From assembly GCA_964417925.1 (NCBI GenBank), contig CAYQJV010000001.1, positions 22,192 through 86,191 of the forward strand: 64,000 nucleotides of DNA, written 5' to 3'. The notes beneath the pieces were generated by a model. It saw only the letters and a program-made list of their open reading frames with translations, was not told where the DNA came from and did no database searches. Below, piece after piece: positions 32,401 through 42,019 of this stretch (the stretch's first letter is position 1; every line of letters starts with the position of its first letter). Position numbers and translations under genes: made by a program. This stretch comes from an uncultured bacterium (GTDB taxonomy: Bacteria; Hydrothermota; Tepidihabitantia; B3-TA06; CAYQJV01).

Positions 32401-32936
32401 TGAAGTTCTATAAAAAAGTTGTCTCTACCAAAAATATCAAGATACTGATAAAGAGCCTTTCTTGCCCTCTCGTAATCTCCCCTGCCAATCCAGAAAGGAA
32501 GTTCCCCTTTTAAACAACCAGAAAGAGCAATTATTCCATCTTTATACTTTGCAAGGACTTCTTTATCAATACGAGGCTTGTAGTAAAATCCTTCAAGATA
32601 AGCTATGGAGGAAAGCTTAAGTAGATTTTTGTATCCCTTGTTGTTTTCTGCAAGAAGAGTTATATGGTAATTGGATTCAGGAACCTGTGGATCTATCTTT
32701 TTTTCTGTTCTTTTACCTACTGCAACATAGGTTTCTATACCTATTATAGGTTTTATTCCTCTTTCTGAAATTTTTTTGTAAAAATTTACAACCCCAAACA
32801 TATTTCCATGATCTGTTATAGCAACAGCAGGCATTTTGTATTTTTCTGCCTGCTCTGCAACTCTCTCTATCCTTGCAAATCCATCAAGTAAACTGTAATC
32901 GGTATGAAGATGTAAATGAACAAATTTTTTACTCAT
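29490..32936 (-). CDS. dnaE: DNA polymerase III alpha subunit
   Basis: N-terminal PHP domain HLHLHTDYSLLDG. Polymerase core motifs. 1148 aa. Confidence 0.9.
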   Translation of the reverse strand: MSKKFVHLHLHTDYSLLDGFARIERVAEQAEKYKMPAVAITDHGNMFGVVNFYKKISERGIKPIIGIETYVAVGKRTEKKIDPQVPESNYHITLLAENNKGYKNLLKLSSIAYLEGFYYKPRIDKEVLAKYKDGIIALSGCLKGELPFWIGRGDYERARKALYQYLDIFGRDNFFIELQYLGIQENEKILKGLVELAKKENVEVVATNDCHYISPDDYEAHDALLAIQTGKKITEKARLKFETKELYFKSPEEMYEIFKELPMALENTVKIADRCSVSLSLSEKKFHLPRYPIPEQYKNDFEYLKYLAEEGLKRKFYPAQPPENYKRRLEHELSIIEKMGFAGYFLIVKDIVSFAKSNDIPVGPGRGSAVGSLVLYCLDITEIDPLKYNLIFERFLNPERVTLPDIDIDFADDRRDDVIEYIRKRYGEDNVARIITFDTMKARAAIRDVGRVLDIPYGEVDRIAKMIPSNLSLKDAIAVHKELEKMIKSDERYEKMFKIALKLEGVARHASIHASGVVITPEPLTEFLPLYRAGEDVCTQYDMKSVEDIGLLKMDILGLRTLTVIRNTEQLLRNKGIEIDVKNIPLNDEKTFSLLKKGNTIGIFQLESGGMREILKKMEPKDMNDLIAVISLYRPGPLGNINLEEFFHRKHGRKNIEYLHPELEDILKETYGIILYQEQVMQIAQQIAGFSLAEADTLRRAMGKKIPELMDQMKEEFIKRAVKRGISEKIAIQIFNLIAPFAGYGFNKSHSAGYAHLSYTTAYLKANYPLEFMSALLTSEMGKSEDRLFLFLNETKRLGIKILPPDINKSYYEFRIEGENIRFGLGGIKNVGENAAKAITQEREKKGKYKDFEDFLLRTKKFVNKKCVEFLIKAGCFDSLEPDRKYLLEILDDEIKKVNQERVYYMKMQLSIFDLGKKEVKPKAKERRKIKKDEFLPYEKEAFGFYLSGHPMDKYRVFYDGFKLIPSSQIDENLDGKVIAVGGAVVSKRTKRDKNGNPYATVSIRDFEGEIDVIVFSKQYEDTKDILKNDSLIIVKGVCEVKEDSTRPKIRSSLILPFEKAISSISILSFGFNPVGIGDEEIYNLLELVKKHPGKAELHIHIYNGIGTTIKEKLKIRSKTLKVNPSPGLISQLREFPGVEWVKVLGEI

Positions 32937-33001
32937 TTATTCAATATAACCTAAAACTTCTATTCAGTCAAGCGAACTCATAGGTGCAGTTTTTTTAAAT
33001 C

Positions 33002-33913
33002 TTACATTACTTTGTTTTTACCAAAAAATTTCTTTTTAAAATAATAAAACCTTGAAGTAACATATCTTATTTTATCAATCTTTTTTAAAACAGCCTCTTT
33101 TCCCCTTTGAATACAGAAATCCAGTTCAGAAAAGTTAGTCCAATGAAGTTCCTTTACATCTATCTCTACCACTACATCAGCTCTATCAAGAAGAAGTCTA
33201 AAAAGTTTAAACTTTGCGAGTTCATCACTTCTCAATATTACTTCAATTGCGGTATTGTAATCCCCAGGAGGAGAAGGTTGTTTTCCAAAAATAACAGCTA
33301 TCACTACATCCACTCCCAGTTCAAAAAGAGCATTTATAGGAACATTTGCAGTAACTCCTCCATCTACAAGCATCATTCCATCTTTTTTTACCACAGGAAA
33401 AATCCCAGGAATTGCAGCAGAAGCTTGAACTGCTTGCCATAGATATCCCTCCTTCATTATAACATCTTCACCAGAAATTAAATCAAGAGCCACTGTAGCA
33501 AAAGGAATTTTTGTCTCAGAAAACTTCCTATCCTCAAAAATATCTTTAAATACTTTCTCAGTTTTGTCCAAAGGGATTAAGGATGATTTAAAGAAACTCT
33601 CTGCTATGGCTATGCTATCTTTTAGCCTATTCTTTAACGTAGCAAGCCACCCTCCCCTTTCTTTACTGAATTTATCAAGCCCAAGCTCTTTAAATGCATC
33701 AGAAGAAACAAGCTCTTCTGCTTTCTTTTTTAAAAACTCTATATCAGGATTGAGTGCATACACTGCTCCTACTACTGCACCTATACTGGTTCCTGCCACA
33801 GCATCTATCTTGATACCTTCCTTCACAAGCATCTCCAATGCACCAATGTGGGCAAGTCCTTTTGCTCCTCCTCCGGAAAGGGCAACACCTACTTTGGGTT
33901 TAGAAAATATCAT
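33002..33913 (-). CDS. Patatin-like phospholipase
   Basis: Oxyanion GGGAKG, nucleophile GTSIGA (GxSxG), catalytic DGG (LVDGGV). Confidence 0.75.
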   Translation of the reverse strand: MIFSKPKVGVALSGGGAKGLAHIGALEMLVKEGIKIDAVAGTSIGAVVGAVYALNPDIEFLKKKAEELVSSDAFKELGLDKFSKERGGWLATLKNRLKDSIAIAESFFKSSLIPLDKTEKVFKDIFEDRKFSETKIPFATVALDLISGEDVIMKEGYLWQAVQASAAIPGIFPVVKKDGMMLVDGGVTANVPINALFELGVDVVIAVIFGKQPSPPGDYNTAIEVILRSDELAKFKLFRLLLDRADVVVEIDVKELHWTNFSELDFCIQRGKEAVLKKIDKIRYVTSRFYYFKKKFFGKNKVM

Positions 33914-35247
33914 ATTACCAAAATTGAACTTTTAACATAGGGTAGATAACCTTTACCAGTGATGATTCTCTCTTGGGATATTTCTTTTATATTTTTTAAA
34001 ATCTCAAATACATTTCCTTTAACCCCCCATGCCCCTGGTTCCACAATTCCTTTGATACTACCTTTTGAAATCACATAGCCTGAAAATACTGTGTTGGAAA
34101 AATCACCCGTAACCTTGTTTGCGGTGTGAAAACCAAGTAAAGACTTTAAAAGCAGACCATTTTCGGTGTTTTTTACCATTTTACTGAAAGAGACTTTCCC
34201 AGAATCCATTGACACAGCTCTCACAGTAGGCCTTATAGGAGCTTCTATCATATGTTCTGCTAAGATGGGCCTTCTCATTCCATTCCCAGTTGAAATGGTC
34301 TTGTGTTTTTCTGCTGTTTCTCTATCAAAGAGATAAGTCTTTACCACCCCTTTCTCCACCACAGTATTTACTTGTGAAGAAGTACCCTCATCATCGCATG
34401 GAGATGTAGCAGGAATATCAAAAGATACACCATCGTCATAAATAGTAACAAATTCTGGGGCACATCTCATACCTCTCTTTAATCGTGAATAGCCTTCATC
34501 CACTGATGTAATGTATAAATGTTCAAAAAAGACATTTCTCAGCATTCCTTCAAGCATAGAAGGATGTATTATCACCTCTATCTCTCTACCCTTGGCATTT
34601 ATCTCTTCTGGCTTCACTGTCCTTTTATCATAACTCTTTATAAAGTGCTCCATTTTTTTAAGAAATTTTTCCCAATCCTTTATCTCCCTTCCTGTCTCAA
34701 ACTCAAAGTCCCTTGAATCCAGGAAAACAGATCCTCCTGCTCCCGTCTCTTCCCAGAATATTAAAGCATCTGAAGAAAGAGTGTACACAAAGGCTTGTTC
34801 CTTTATTATTGAAATAGCTATGTTGTAATTATCCACATGTTTTTGCCCTCTGGCAATTTCATCCAGTACCTTAACGTACTCTTGCACAATCTTTGGTTTA
34901 TCAAACAGTTTAAGTGTACTTTCTTTTTTATATTCCGAATATTCAGCATCTTTTATTTCAGCAAAATTATTAAGATAGGTTTTTTCCATTTTTTCTTCTG
35001 CTTTGGACAGGGCAAGTTGAATTGAAGTCTTAGAAATCTCGGTTACACCTGCATAGCCTATTTTTCTATCTTTAAGAACCCTTAATCCAATACAGGGAAT
35101 TTCCAAAGAGGTAGATACCTTTATTTCACCATTTTCTGATATTACAGAAAAACCTGAACTCTTTTTAAACCATATCTCTACATCTTTAAAAGCCTTTTTT
35201 ACTGCTTCTTTTTTAACAATGTTAATTATTTTTTTTACTTCCTCCAT
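33910..35247 (-). CDS. TldD/PmbA-family metallopeptidase (PmbA/TldE-like partner)
   Basis: Length and C-terminal conserved region of the PmbA_TldD family. 4-nt overlaps with both neighbours. Confidence 0.65.
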   Translation of the reverse strand: MEEVKKIINIVKKEAVKKAFKDVEIWFKKSSGFSVISENGEIKVSTSLEIPCIGLRVLKDRKIGYAGVTEISKTSIQLALSKAEEKMEKTYLNNFAEIKDAEYSEYKKESTLKLFDKPKIVQEYVKVLDEIARGQKHVDNYNIAISIIKEQAFVYTLSSDALIFWEETGAGGSVFLDSRDFEFETGREIKDWEKFLKKMEHFIKSYDKRTVKPEEINAKGREIEVIIHPSMLEGMLRNVFFEHLYITSVDEGYSRLKRGMRCAPEFVTIYDDGVSFDIPATSPCDDEGTSSQVNTVVEKGVVKTYLFDRETAEKHKTISTGNGMRRPILAEHMIEAPIRPTVRAVSMDSGKVSFSKMVKNTENGLLLKSLLGFHTANKVTGDFSNTVFSGYVISKGSIKGIVEPGAWGVKGNVFEILKNIKEISQERIITGKGYLPYVKSSILVI

Positions 35248-35250
35248 CTC

Positions 35251-36723
35251 TCACCCCTGCACAACTAACTGAACATATGGATTGTTTTTTATTCTTGTCC
35301 ATTTAGGACCGCCATCTCCAACAGGTTTTGTTTGACCTGCTTTACCACAGAATCCTACATCTGAAATATCCAAAGGCCCTGCAAAAGCATCCACATACTT
35401 AAGAGCATGCAGAGTTTTTGCAGTAAAGTTTGACGGTTTTATCATCTTTGTTATCTTTCCATCTTCGATCAAGTATCCCATTTGAATGCTTGAAGACATT
35501 CCTTCCTTGCTCACCGCTCCTCCCAAGGTTCCTTTGAGAATCACCCCATATCTTATATCTTTAATAATATCTTCAAGTCTCTTTTTCCACACTTCTTTAT
35601 CTGCCGGATATATATACGTATTTGACATTCTACATACTCTTTCATCTCCAAGTTCAGAAAATCCTCCGCCGTTTGGTTCTCTTTTAAAGAAATCTGCTGT
35701 CTCCCTATTCAGAATAAAATCTTTCACCTCACCCCTTTCTGCAAGAAGTTTAACCTTTACCTCAACTCCTTCATCATCTATCATTTCAGTACCAAAACCA
35801 TCAGTATATACAGGTTTACCATCCTCATCCACAGGAGGACCATCAATAATGTTTACAACCTCAGATGCTATTTTCCCTCTCGGCATTCCAGATGCATCCA
35901 CTATTCCAGAACTTCCGTTTTTTATAATATCTGCCTCAAAATTATGCCCCAAAGCCTCATGGACAAACACTCCTATTGCATTAAAATCAAGAACAAAGTA
36001 TTCTATTCTTTTTATCTCTTCTGGACTCATCGTTTCTGCATTCAAAAGAGCAACAGTATATTCCATCCATTTTCTTATCTCCTCCTTTATCTCCTTTTTT
36101 AACCTCAAATTCTTGCCTTTTTCAAAAAGCAGTTCCAATCCTTTTATATTACCTATTCTCAATCTTGTCATTGCCCTTTCTCTATCTTTCACTGCCCTTG
36201 TAATTACCTGTAAGAAGGTTCTTGGTATTTTTTGAGTTCTATACAGACCATGAGTATCTGCAACAATCTTCTCATGATTCTCAGAATAGAACCACACTTC
36301 ATTTGTGATCTTTACTCCATGTTTTTCCTCCGCATTTTTTCTCTCTTTTTCAATACCTCTAAAAATGGTAGTAACAATATCCTCTATTTTCTCATCAACA
36401 AAGGAAATATCCGGAACTATCACATATCTTGTTTTACCTTCAGAAACAGAGGAAAGTGCATAATTTCTGGAAGGAATGATTTTTACAATACTTTCAGCCT
36501 TTTCCAAAGCATTCTTTAAACCTTCTGGTGAAGTCTTTATGGAGAAAATCTTCTTCTTTTTTACGAAACGAACCTGAACAGCAGACTTTACACTAAGAGG
36601 GACAATCGTTTTTTTCCCTCCTGTCTCTTTTATCTCTGTTTTTTCTACTTTTTCATACAGAACATCTACATAATCAAACTTTTGTTTTGCTTCTCTTAAA
36701 AAATCCTCTATTAATTTTTTCAT
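35251..36723 (-). CDS. tldD: TldD-like metallopeptidase
   Basis: HEALGHNFE (HExxxH) plus GxC metal-ligand region typical of TldD. Confidence 0.7.
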   Translation of the reverse strand: MKKLIEDFLREAKQKFDYVDVLYEKVEKTEIKETGGKKTIVPLSVKSAVQVRFVKKKKIFSIKTSPEGLKNALEKAESIVKIIPSRNYALSSVSEGKTRYVIVPDISFVDEKIEDIVTTIFRGIEKERKNAEEKHGVKITNEVWFYSENHEKIVADTHGLYRTQKIPRTFLQVITRAVKDRERAMTRLRIGNIKGLELLFEKGKNLRLKKEIKEEIRKWMEYTVALLNAETMSPEEIKRIEYFVLDFNAIGVFVHEALGHNFEADIIKNGSSGIVDASGMPRGKIASEVVNIIDGPPVDEDGKPVYTDGFGTEMIDDEGVEVKVKLLAERGEVKDFILNRETADFFKREPNGGGFSELGDERVCRMSNTYIYPADKEVWKKRLEDIIKDIRYGVILKGTLGGAVSKEGMSSSIQMGYLIEDGKITKMIKPSNFTAKTLHALKYVDAFAGPLDISDVGFCGKAGQTKPVGDGGPKWTRIKNNPYVQLVVQG

Positions 36724-36762
36724 TTAATTATGATATTCCTTTTTACTCTTATGTCAAAAAAG

Positions 36763-37920
36763 TTATTTTAAGTGAGAAGCCTCTCTTATAAGATGGGAAG
36801 CTATCACAAGCCTTTGTATTTCGTTAGTTCCTTCATAAATCTGGGTTATTTTTGCGTCTCTAAACATCTTTTCCACAGGGTATTCCTTCATATATCCATA
36901 TCCTCCAAATATCTGTATTGCCTCTGTAGTTACCCACATTGCAACATCCGATGCAAAAAGCTTTGCCATTGCAGAATCTTTTGATACATTTTTTGCTCCT
37001 GAATCAATGGTCTTTGCAGCTTGATAAACAAGAGCTCTTGCTGCTTCTATCCTTGTTGCCATCTCTGCAAGTTTAAATTGAATCCCTTCAAAGGAGGATA
37101 TAGGCTTTCCAAATTGAACTCTCTGAGTAGAGTATTTTAATGCCTCTTCAAAAGCTCCTTGAGCAATTCCTACTGCCTGAGCACCTATTCCCGGTCTTGT
37201 CATATCAAAAGTTCTCATTGCAATTATAAATCCTTGCCCCTTTTTACCCAATAGATTCTCCTTAGGGATTTTACAGTCTTGAAAAATCAACTCTCTTGTT
37301 GCAGATGCTCTTATTCCTAACTTATTCTCTTCCTTGCCAAAATCAAATCCTGGAATTCCCTTTTCTACAATGAAGGCAGAAAGTCCTCTTGCTCCTTTTT
37401 CTCTATCAGTGGATGCTATCACTACATATATTGATGCGACTCCACCATTTGTAATGAACTGTTTGGTTCCATTAAGAATAAAAGAGTCCCCTTCTTCCTT
37501 TGCGGTGGTTTCAATATTTGATGCATCAGAACCAGCATTTGCTTCAGTCAAAGCAAACGCTGCATATGCTTCTCCCGATGCAATTTTGGGAAGGTACTTC
37601 TTCTTCTGTTCTTCTGTTCCAAACAGAATTATTGGATATGCTGCCAGACCATTTGCTGCATAGCAAACTGCCACGCCTCCACATACCCTTGAAAGTTCCT
37701 CCACCACAAGAACCATCTCAAAGACTCCTCCTCCAAGTCCATCGTATTCCTCAGGGATGAAAACCCTCATCAGGTCGGCTTTCGCCAACTCTTCCATTAT
37801 TTCGTAAGGGAACTCTGCTTTTTCATCAAGTTCTTGCCTTACAGGTTTTATTTTTTCCTCTGCAATTTTTCTCGCCAGTTCTTTTATCATCTTCTGCTCA
37901 TCAGTAAGAAAATATTCCAT
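36763..37920 (-). CDS. Acyl-CoA dehydrogenase (short/branched-chain type)
   Basis: ACAD family motifs (YAAFALTEANAGSD, catalytic-base region YEGTNEIQRLVIA). About 385 aa. Confidence 0.85.
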   Translation of the reverse strand: MEYFLTDEQKMIKELARKIAEEKIKPVRQELDEKAEFPYEIMEELAKADLMRVFIPEEYDGLGGGVFEMVLVVEELSRVCGGVAVCYAANGLAAYPIILFGTEEQKKKYLPKIASGEAYAAFALTEANAGSDASNIETTAKEEGDSFILNGTKQFITNGGVASIYVVIASTDREKGARGLSAFIVEKGIPGFDFGKEENKLGIRASATRELIFQDCKIPKENLLGKKGQGFIIAMRTFDMTRPGIGAQAVGIAQGAFEEALKYSTQRVQFGKPISSFEGIQFKLAEMATRIEAARALVYQAAKTIDSGAKNVSKDSAMAKLFASDVAMWVTTEAIQIFGGYGYMKEYPVEKMFRDAKITQIYEGTNEIQRLVIASHLIREASHLK

Positions 37921-38023
37921 CTCTCCTCCTGTTTTGACTTTCTTTAATATTTTAAGTAAAAATTACTACAAAGTCAAACTTAATTTATCCCATAACCATA
38001 ATTTCAATCTCTTTGGTTTTTTC

Positions 38024-38053
38024 TTGACTTTTGAAAATATATGCTCATAATAT
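38024..38053 (+). promoter_or_regulatory. Sigma-70-type promoter abutting the secA ATG (TTGACT…CATAAT/TAATAT), suggesting a leaderless secA mRNA
   Basis: TTGACT at 38024-29, -10 at 38046-53, ATG at 38058. No SD. Confidence 0.4.
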
Positions 38054-38057
38054 CTCT

Positions 38058-41000
38058 ATGTTGAACATTTTAAAGAAGATTTTTGGTACAAAGCAGGAAA
38101 GAGAAATAAAAAGACTTAAACCAATAGTAGAAGAAATCAATAAAGTTTATGATAAGTTACATGGATTAAAGGATGAAGATTTAATAAAGAAAACCGAAGA
38201 CTTTGTTCAAAGACTCTATCAAGGTGAAGATGAAAAATCTGTAATGATTGAAGCATTTGCAGTTGTTAAAGAAGCATGTAGAAGACTCGTGGGTAAAAAA
38301 TGGCTTGTAAGAGGAATAGAAACTGAATGGAACATGATTCCATTTGATGTTCAATTAATGGGAGCAATAGTGTTACACGAGGGAAAAATTGCAGAGATGA
38401 AAACAGGCGAAGGTAAAACACTTGTCGCAACGATGCCTCTGTATCTCAATGCACTTATAGGAAGAGCAAGAGGACTAAAAAAAGAAAAAGATTTTTTGGT
38501 TAATGGAACCCCAAAAGGAGTATGCCATCTTGTAACTGTGAATGACTACCTTGCAGCAAGAGATAGGGAATGGATGGGACCAGTGTATGAATCCCTTGGA
38601 TTAACTGTTGGGGTGATACAGCAGGGAATGAGACCTGAAGAGAGAAAACCAGAATATAATGCAGATATTACTTATGGGACAAATAATGAATTTGGTTTTG
38701 ATTATCTGAGGGACAATATGGTTTTACGCTGGGAAGACAAAGTACAGAGGGGACATCACTATGCTATTATTGATGAAATTGATAGTATCTTAATAGATGA
38801 AGCAAGAACGCCTCTTATAATTTCAGGTCCTACAGAACCCAGGGATATGGAGTATAAAAAATGGAAACCAGCGGTTGAAAGACTCTATCATTCACAGATA
38901 GTACTTGTGAATAGATTGGTTGCAGAAGCAGAAAAACTATTAAAAGAAGGAAAAGAATTTGAAGCAGGTAAAAAACTATTGCAGGCAAAAAGAGGAGTCC
39001 CAAAACACAAGAAATTAATGAGGCTTGAAGAGGAACCCGGGGTAAAAAGATTGATAGAAGATGTTGAATTAAGGTTTATAAGAGAAAAGAAGTTACACGA
39101 ACTTGATGAAGAACTTTACTTTGTTGTAGATGAAAAACAGCATGTAGTGGATTTAACGGAAAAAGGAAGACAATTACTTTCTCCTAATAATCCTGAACTG
39201 TTTGTTCTACCTGATCTTGCAACAAAAACAGCAGAAATAGATAAGAATGAAAAATTAACTCCAAAAGAAAAAGCATACGAAAAGGAAAAGTTGTTTGAAG
39301 AGTATGCGAAGAAAAATGAAATTCTACACAACATTCATGCCCTTATAAAGGCATATACCCTTTTTGAGAGGGATGTAGACTACATTGTCCAAGACGGAAG
39401 AGTAATAATAGTTGATGAATTCACAGGAAGGTTAATGCCTGGAAGAAGATACTCTGACGGCTTACATGAAGCACTTGAAGCAAAGGAAGGGGTTAGAATT
39501 CAACAAGAAACTCAAACACTTGCAACAATCACCTTGCAGAACTATTTCAGAATGTATGAAAAACTTGCAGGAATGACAGGAACTGCTGCAACCGAGGCAG
39601 ATGAATTCTGGCATATTTATAAACTTGAGGTAGTTGTTATACCAACAAACAAACCCGTGAGAAGAATTGACTATCCAGATGTAATATTTAAAACAAAAAG
39701 AGAAAAGTATAATGCAATTATTGAAGAAATTGTAAAATGGCACAAAAAAGGAAGACCAATCCTCGTAGGAACCACCTCTGTTGAGGTATCAGAACTCTTA
39801 TCAAGAATGCTCAGAAGAAGAGGAATAAATCACAATGTGTTAAATGCAAAGCACCATCAGAAAGAAGCTGAAATAGTTGCAAAGGCAGGGCAACCTGGGG
39901 CAGTTACAATTGCAACCAACATGGCAGGAAGGGGAACTGATATAAAACTCGGTCCAGGAGTGAAAAAATGTAAGGAATGCTGTATCTTCAATCCTGAAGC
40001 AGAAAAGGATCCAGAAAAGGCAAAACTTGCAAAAGAATGTATGAAGGAAGTCCCATGCGGTCTCTACATTATAGGCACAGAGAGACACGAATCAAGAAGA
40101 ATTGACAATCAGTTAAGAGGAAGGGCAGGAAGACAAGGTGATCCTGGTTCTTCAAGATTCTTTTTATCCCTTGAAGATGACTTATTGAGATTATTTGGTA
40201 CCGATAGAATGTCTGGCTTAATGGAAAGGTTTGGCCCAAAAGAAGGTGAACCAATTCGTTCTCCCCTTGCAACGAAGGCTATTGAAAATGCTCAAAAAAG
40301 AGTTGAAAAAAGAAACTTTGAAATAAGAAAAAGGTTACTGGAGTTTGACGATGTAATGAACAGACAAAGAGAGGTTGTGTACTCTTTAAGAGACGAAATC
40401 CTTAAAGGAGAAAATCTTGACGATATTTTTTTGCAGTTGTTTGAGGAAGTAAATGAAAAAATAGTAGAAACTCATGCAATATCAAGATATCCTGAGGAAT
40501 GGAACTGGGAGGCGATTGAACAGGAGTTTGTGTCTTTATATCTCACAGATATCGTAAGACCTTCAAACTTTACAAAATATACAAAAGAAGATTTAATAGC
40601 TGAAATGAATGAAAAATCAAAAAAGGCCTTTGAAGCAAAAAAACAACAACTCGGTGAACAATTCCCTGAACTTGAAAAACTCGTCCTTCTCTCTACTCTT
40701 GACCATAAATGGAAAGACCATCTCTATCAACTTGATATTATAAAAGAGGGAATATCTCTGCGTGCCTATGGACAGAAGGATCCTTTGATTGAATACCAGC
40801 AAGAATCCTTTGCTTTATTTGAACAGATGATGGAGGAATTCAGAAAGGACTGTATAAGGCTTCTATTCAGAGCTCAACTTAGGCCTCAAACTGTAAAAAG
40901 AGAAACCCCTATGCCTGTACATGCCCAAAAACCTGCAATGGTGGGGGCTGGAGCAAAGGGAACTCAGCCTGATCCTAACTTTAATATCCATGAATATATA

Positions 41001-41087
41001 AGAAAATATGGAAAACCGGGAAGAAATGACCCATGTCCTTGTGGTTCAGGGAAAAAATTCAAAAAATGTCACGGAAGATTCTTATAA
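38058..41087 (+). CDS. secA: Preprotein translocase ATPase SecA
   Basis: Canonical N-terminus MLNILKKIFG…, DEAD-like motor motifs, C-terminal Zn-finger CPCGSGKKFKKCHG. The ORF track's TTG at 38031 adds 9 non-conserved residues. Confidence 0.9.
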   Translation: MLNILKKIFGTKQEREIKRLKPIVEEINKVYDKLHGLKDEDLIKKTEDFVQRLYQGEDEKSVMIEAFAVVKEACRRLVGKKWLVRGIETEWNMIPFDVQLMGAIVLHEGKIAEMKTGEGKTLVATMPLYLNALIGRARGLKKEKDFLVNGTPKGVCHLVTVNDYLAARDREWMGPVYESLGLTVGVIQQGMRPEERKPEYNADITYGTNNEFGFDYLRDNMVLRWEDKVQRGHHYAIIDEIDSILIDEARTPLIISGPTEPRDMEYKKWKPAVERLYHSQIVLVNRLVAEAEKLLKEGKEFEAGKKLLQAKRGVPKHKKLMRLEEEPGVKRLIEDVELRFIREKKLHELDEELYFVVDEKQHVVDLTEKGRQLLSPNNPELFVLPDLATKTAEIDKNEKLTPKEKAYEKEKLFEEYAKKNEILHNIHALIKAYTLFERDVDYIVQDGRVIIVDEFTGRLMPGRRYSDGLHEALEAKEGVRIQQETQTLATITLQNYFRMYEKLAGMTGTAATEADEFWHIYKLEVVVIPTNKPVRRIDYPDVIFKTKREKYNAIIEEIVKWHKKGRPILVGTTSVEVSELLSRMLRRRGINHNVLNAKHHQKEAEIVAKAGQPGAVTIATNMAGRGTDIKLGPGVKKCKECCIFNPEAEKDPEKAKLAKECMKEVPCGLYIIGTERHESRRIDNQLRGRAGRQGDPGSSRFFLSLEDDLLRLFGTDRMSGLMERFGPKEGEPIRSPLATKAIENAQKRVEKRNFEIRKRLLEFDDVMNRQREVVYSLRDEILKGENLDDIFLQLFEEVNEKIVETHAISRYPEEWNWEAIEQEFVSLYLTDIVRPSNFTKYTKEDLIAEMNEKSKKAFEAKKQQLGEQFPELEKLVLLSTLDHKWKDHLYQLDIIKEGISLRAYGQKDPLIEYQQESFALFEQMMEEFRKDCIRLLFRAQLRPQTVKRETPMPVHAQKPAMVGAGAKGTQPDPNFNIHEYIRKYGKPGRNDPCPCGSGKKFKKCHGRFL

Positions 41088-42019
41088 AAGAAGAGGAGTT
41101 AAAAAAGAAAAAAATATGCGTAATAATGGGAGGATGGTCTTCAGAAAGGGAAATTTCACTTCTCTCAGGTAGAAACATACTTGAATCCTTAAAAAGACAA
41201 GGGTTTGATGTTTATGGACTTGATTTAAAATCTCCAGAAGATTTAAAAAAGATAGACAAAAAAAATATGGATGTGGCATTTATAATCCTCCATGGCAAAC
41301 CAGGAGAAGATGGAACAATTCAAGGTTATCTTGAACTTTTAGGAATTCCATATACAGGTTCTGGAGTTGAAGCATCTGCAATAGGAATGGACAAGATAAT
41401 GACTAAAAAAATTTTTGTTTATGAAAAAATACCCACACCTCCATGGGTAGAGGTGAATCCTGAAGATATAAAAGGAAGTATTGAAATGGCAGTTGAAACA
41501 CTTGGAATACCTTTGGTATTAAAGCCAAGAAGAGAAGGTTCAAGTGTCGGGGTTGAAATAATAAAAAACACTAAACAAATTGAAGAAAAAACTAAAAAGG
41601 CTCTTTCCTTGTTTAAAGAGGTATTTTTTGAAAAATACATTCCAGGAGTTATAGCTACCGTAGGAATTCTTGATGATATGGTACTGCCAATCCTTGAACT
41701 AAGACCTAAAACAAGAGAGTTTTATGATTATGAAGCAAAGTATACAAAAGGGGAAACAGAGTTTATAATACCAGCACAACTTCCCCCAGAGGTTACAGAG
41801 AAGATAAAAGAGTATGCATGGAGAGGTTTTTCTGCAATAGGATGTAAGGGATTTGCAAGACTTGACCTTGTCGTGGAAGAGAGAAAATATCCTTATTTTT
41901 TAGAGATAAACACACTTCCCGGTATGACCGATCTCTCAGATTTACCTGCAGAAGCCTCTGCAATAGGAATATCCTATGATGAAGTTGTAAAAAGGATTTT
42001 AAAAAGCGCATTTTGTTAA
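41033..42019 (+). CDS. ddl: D-alanine--D-alanine ligase
   Basis: N-terminus KICVIMGGWSSEREISLLSG, ATP-grasp motifs, C-terminal RLDLVV…EINTLPGMT. Start may be the internal Met at 41066. Overlaps the secA 3' end. Confidence 0.8.
   Translation: MSLWFREKIQKMSRKILIKEEELKKKKICVIMGGWSSEREISLLSGRNILESLKRQGFDVYGLDLKSPEDLKKIDKKNMDVAFIILHGKPGEDGTIQGYLELLGIPYTGSGVEASAIGMDKIMTKKIFVYEKIPTPPWVEVNPEDIKGSIEMAVETLGIPLVLKPRREGSSVGVEIIKNTKQIEEKTKKALSLFKEVFFEKYIPGVIATVGILDDMVLPILELRPKTREFYDYEAKYTKGETEFIIPAQLPPEVTEKIKEYAWRGFSAIGCKGFARLDLVVEERKYPYFLEINTLPGMTDLSDLPAEASAIGISYDEVVKRILKSAFC

Noticed and set aside
35486-36235. 249-aa plus-strand ORF (and 36232-36519) overlapping tldD
   Set aside because: Antisense to a motif-supported TldD gene. 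Ser/Pro/Leu-rich low-complexity translation.
39116-40272. Several minus-strand 60-93-aa ORFs inside secA
   Set aside because: Inside a gene with unmistakable SecA motifs. Cys/Phe-rich nonsense translations.
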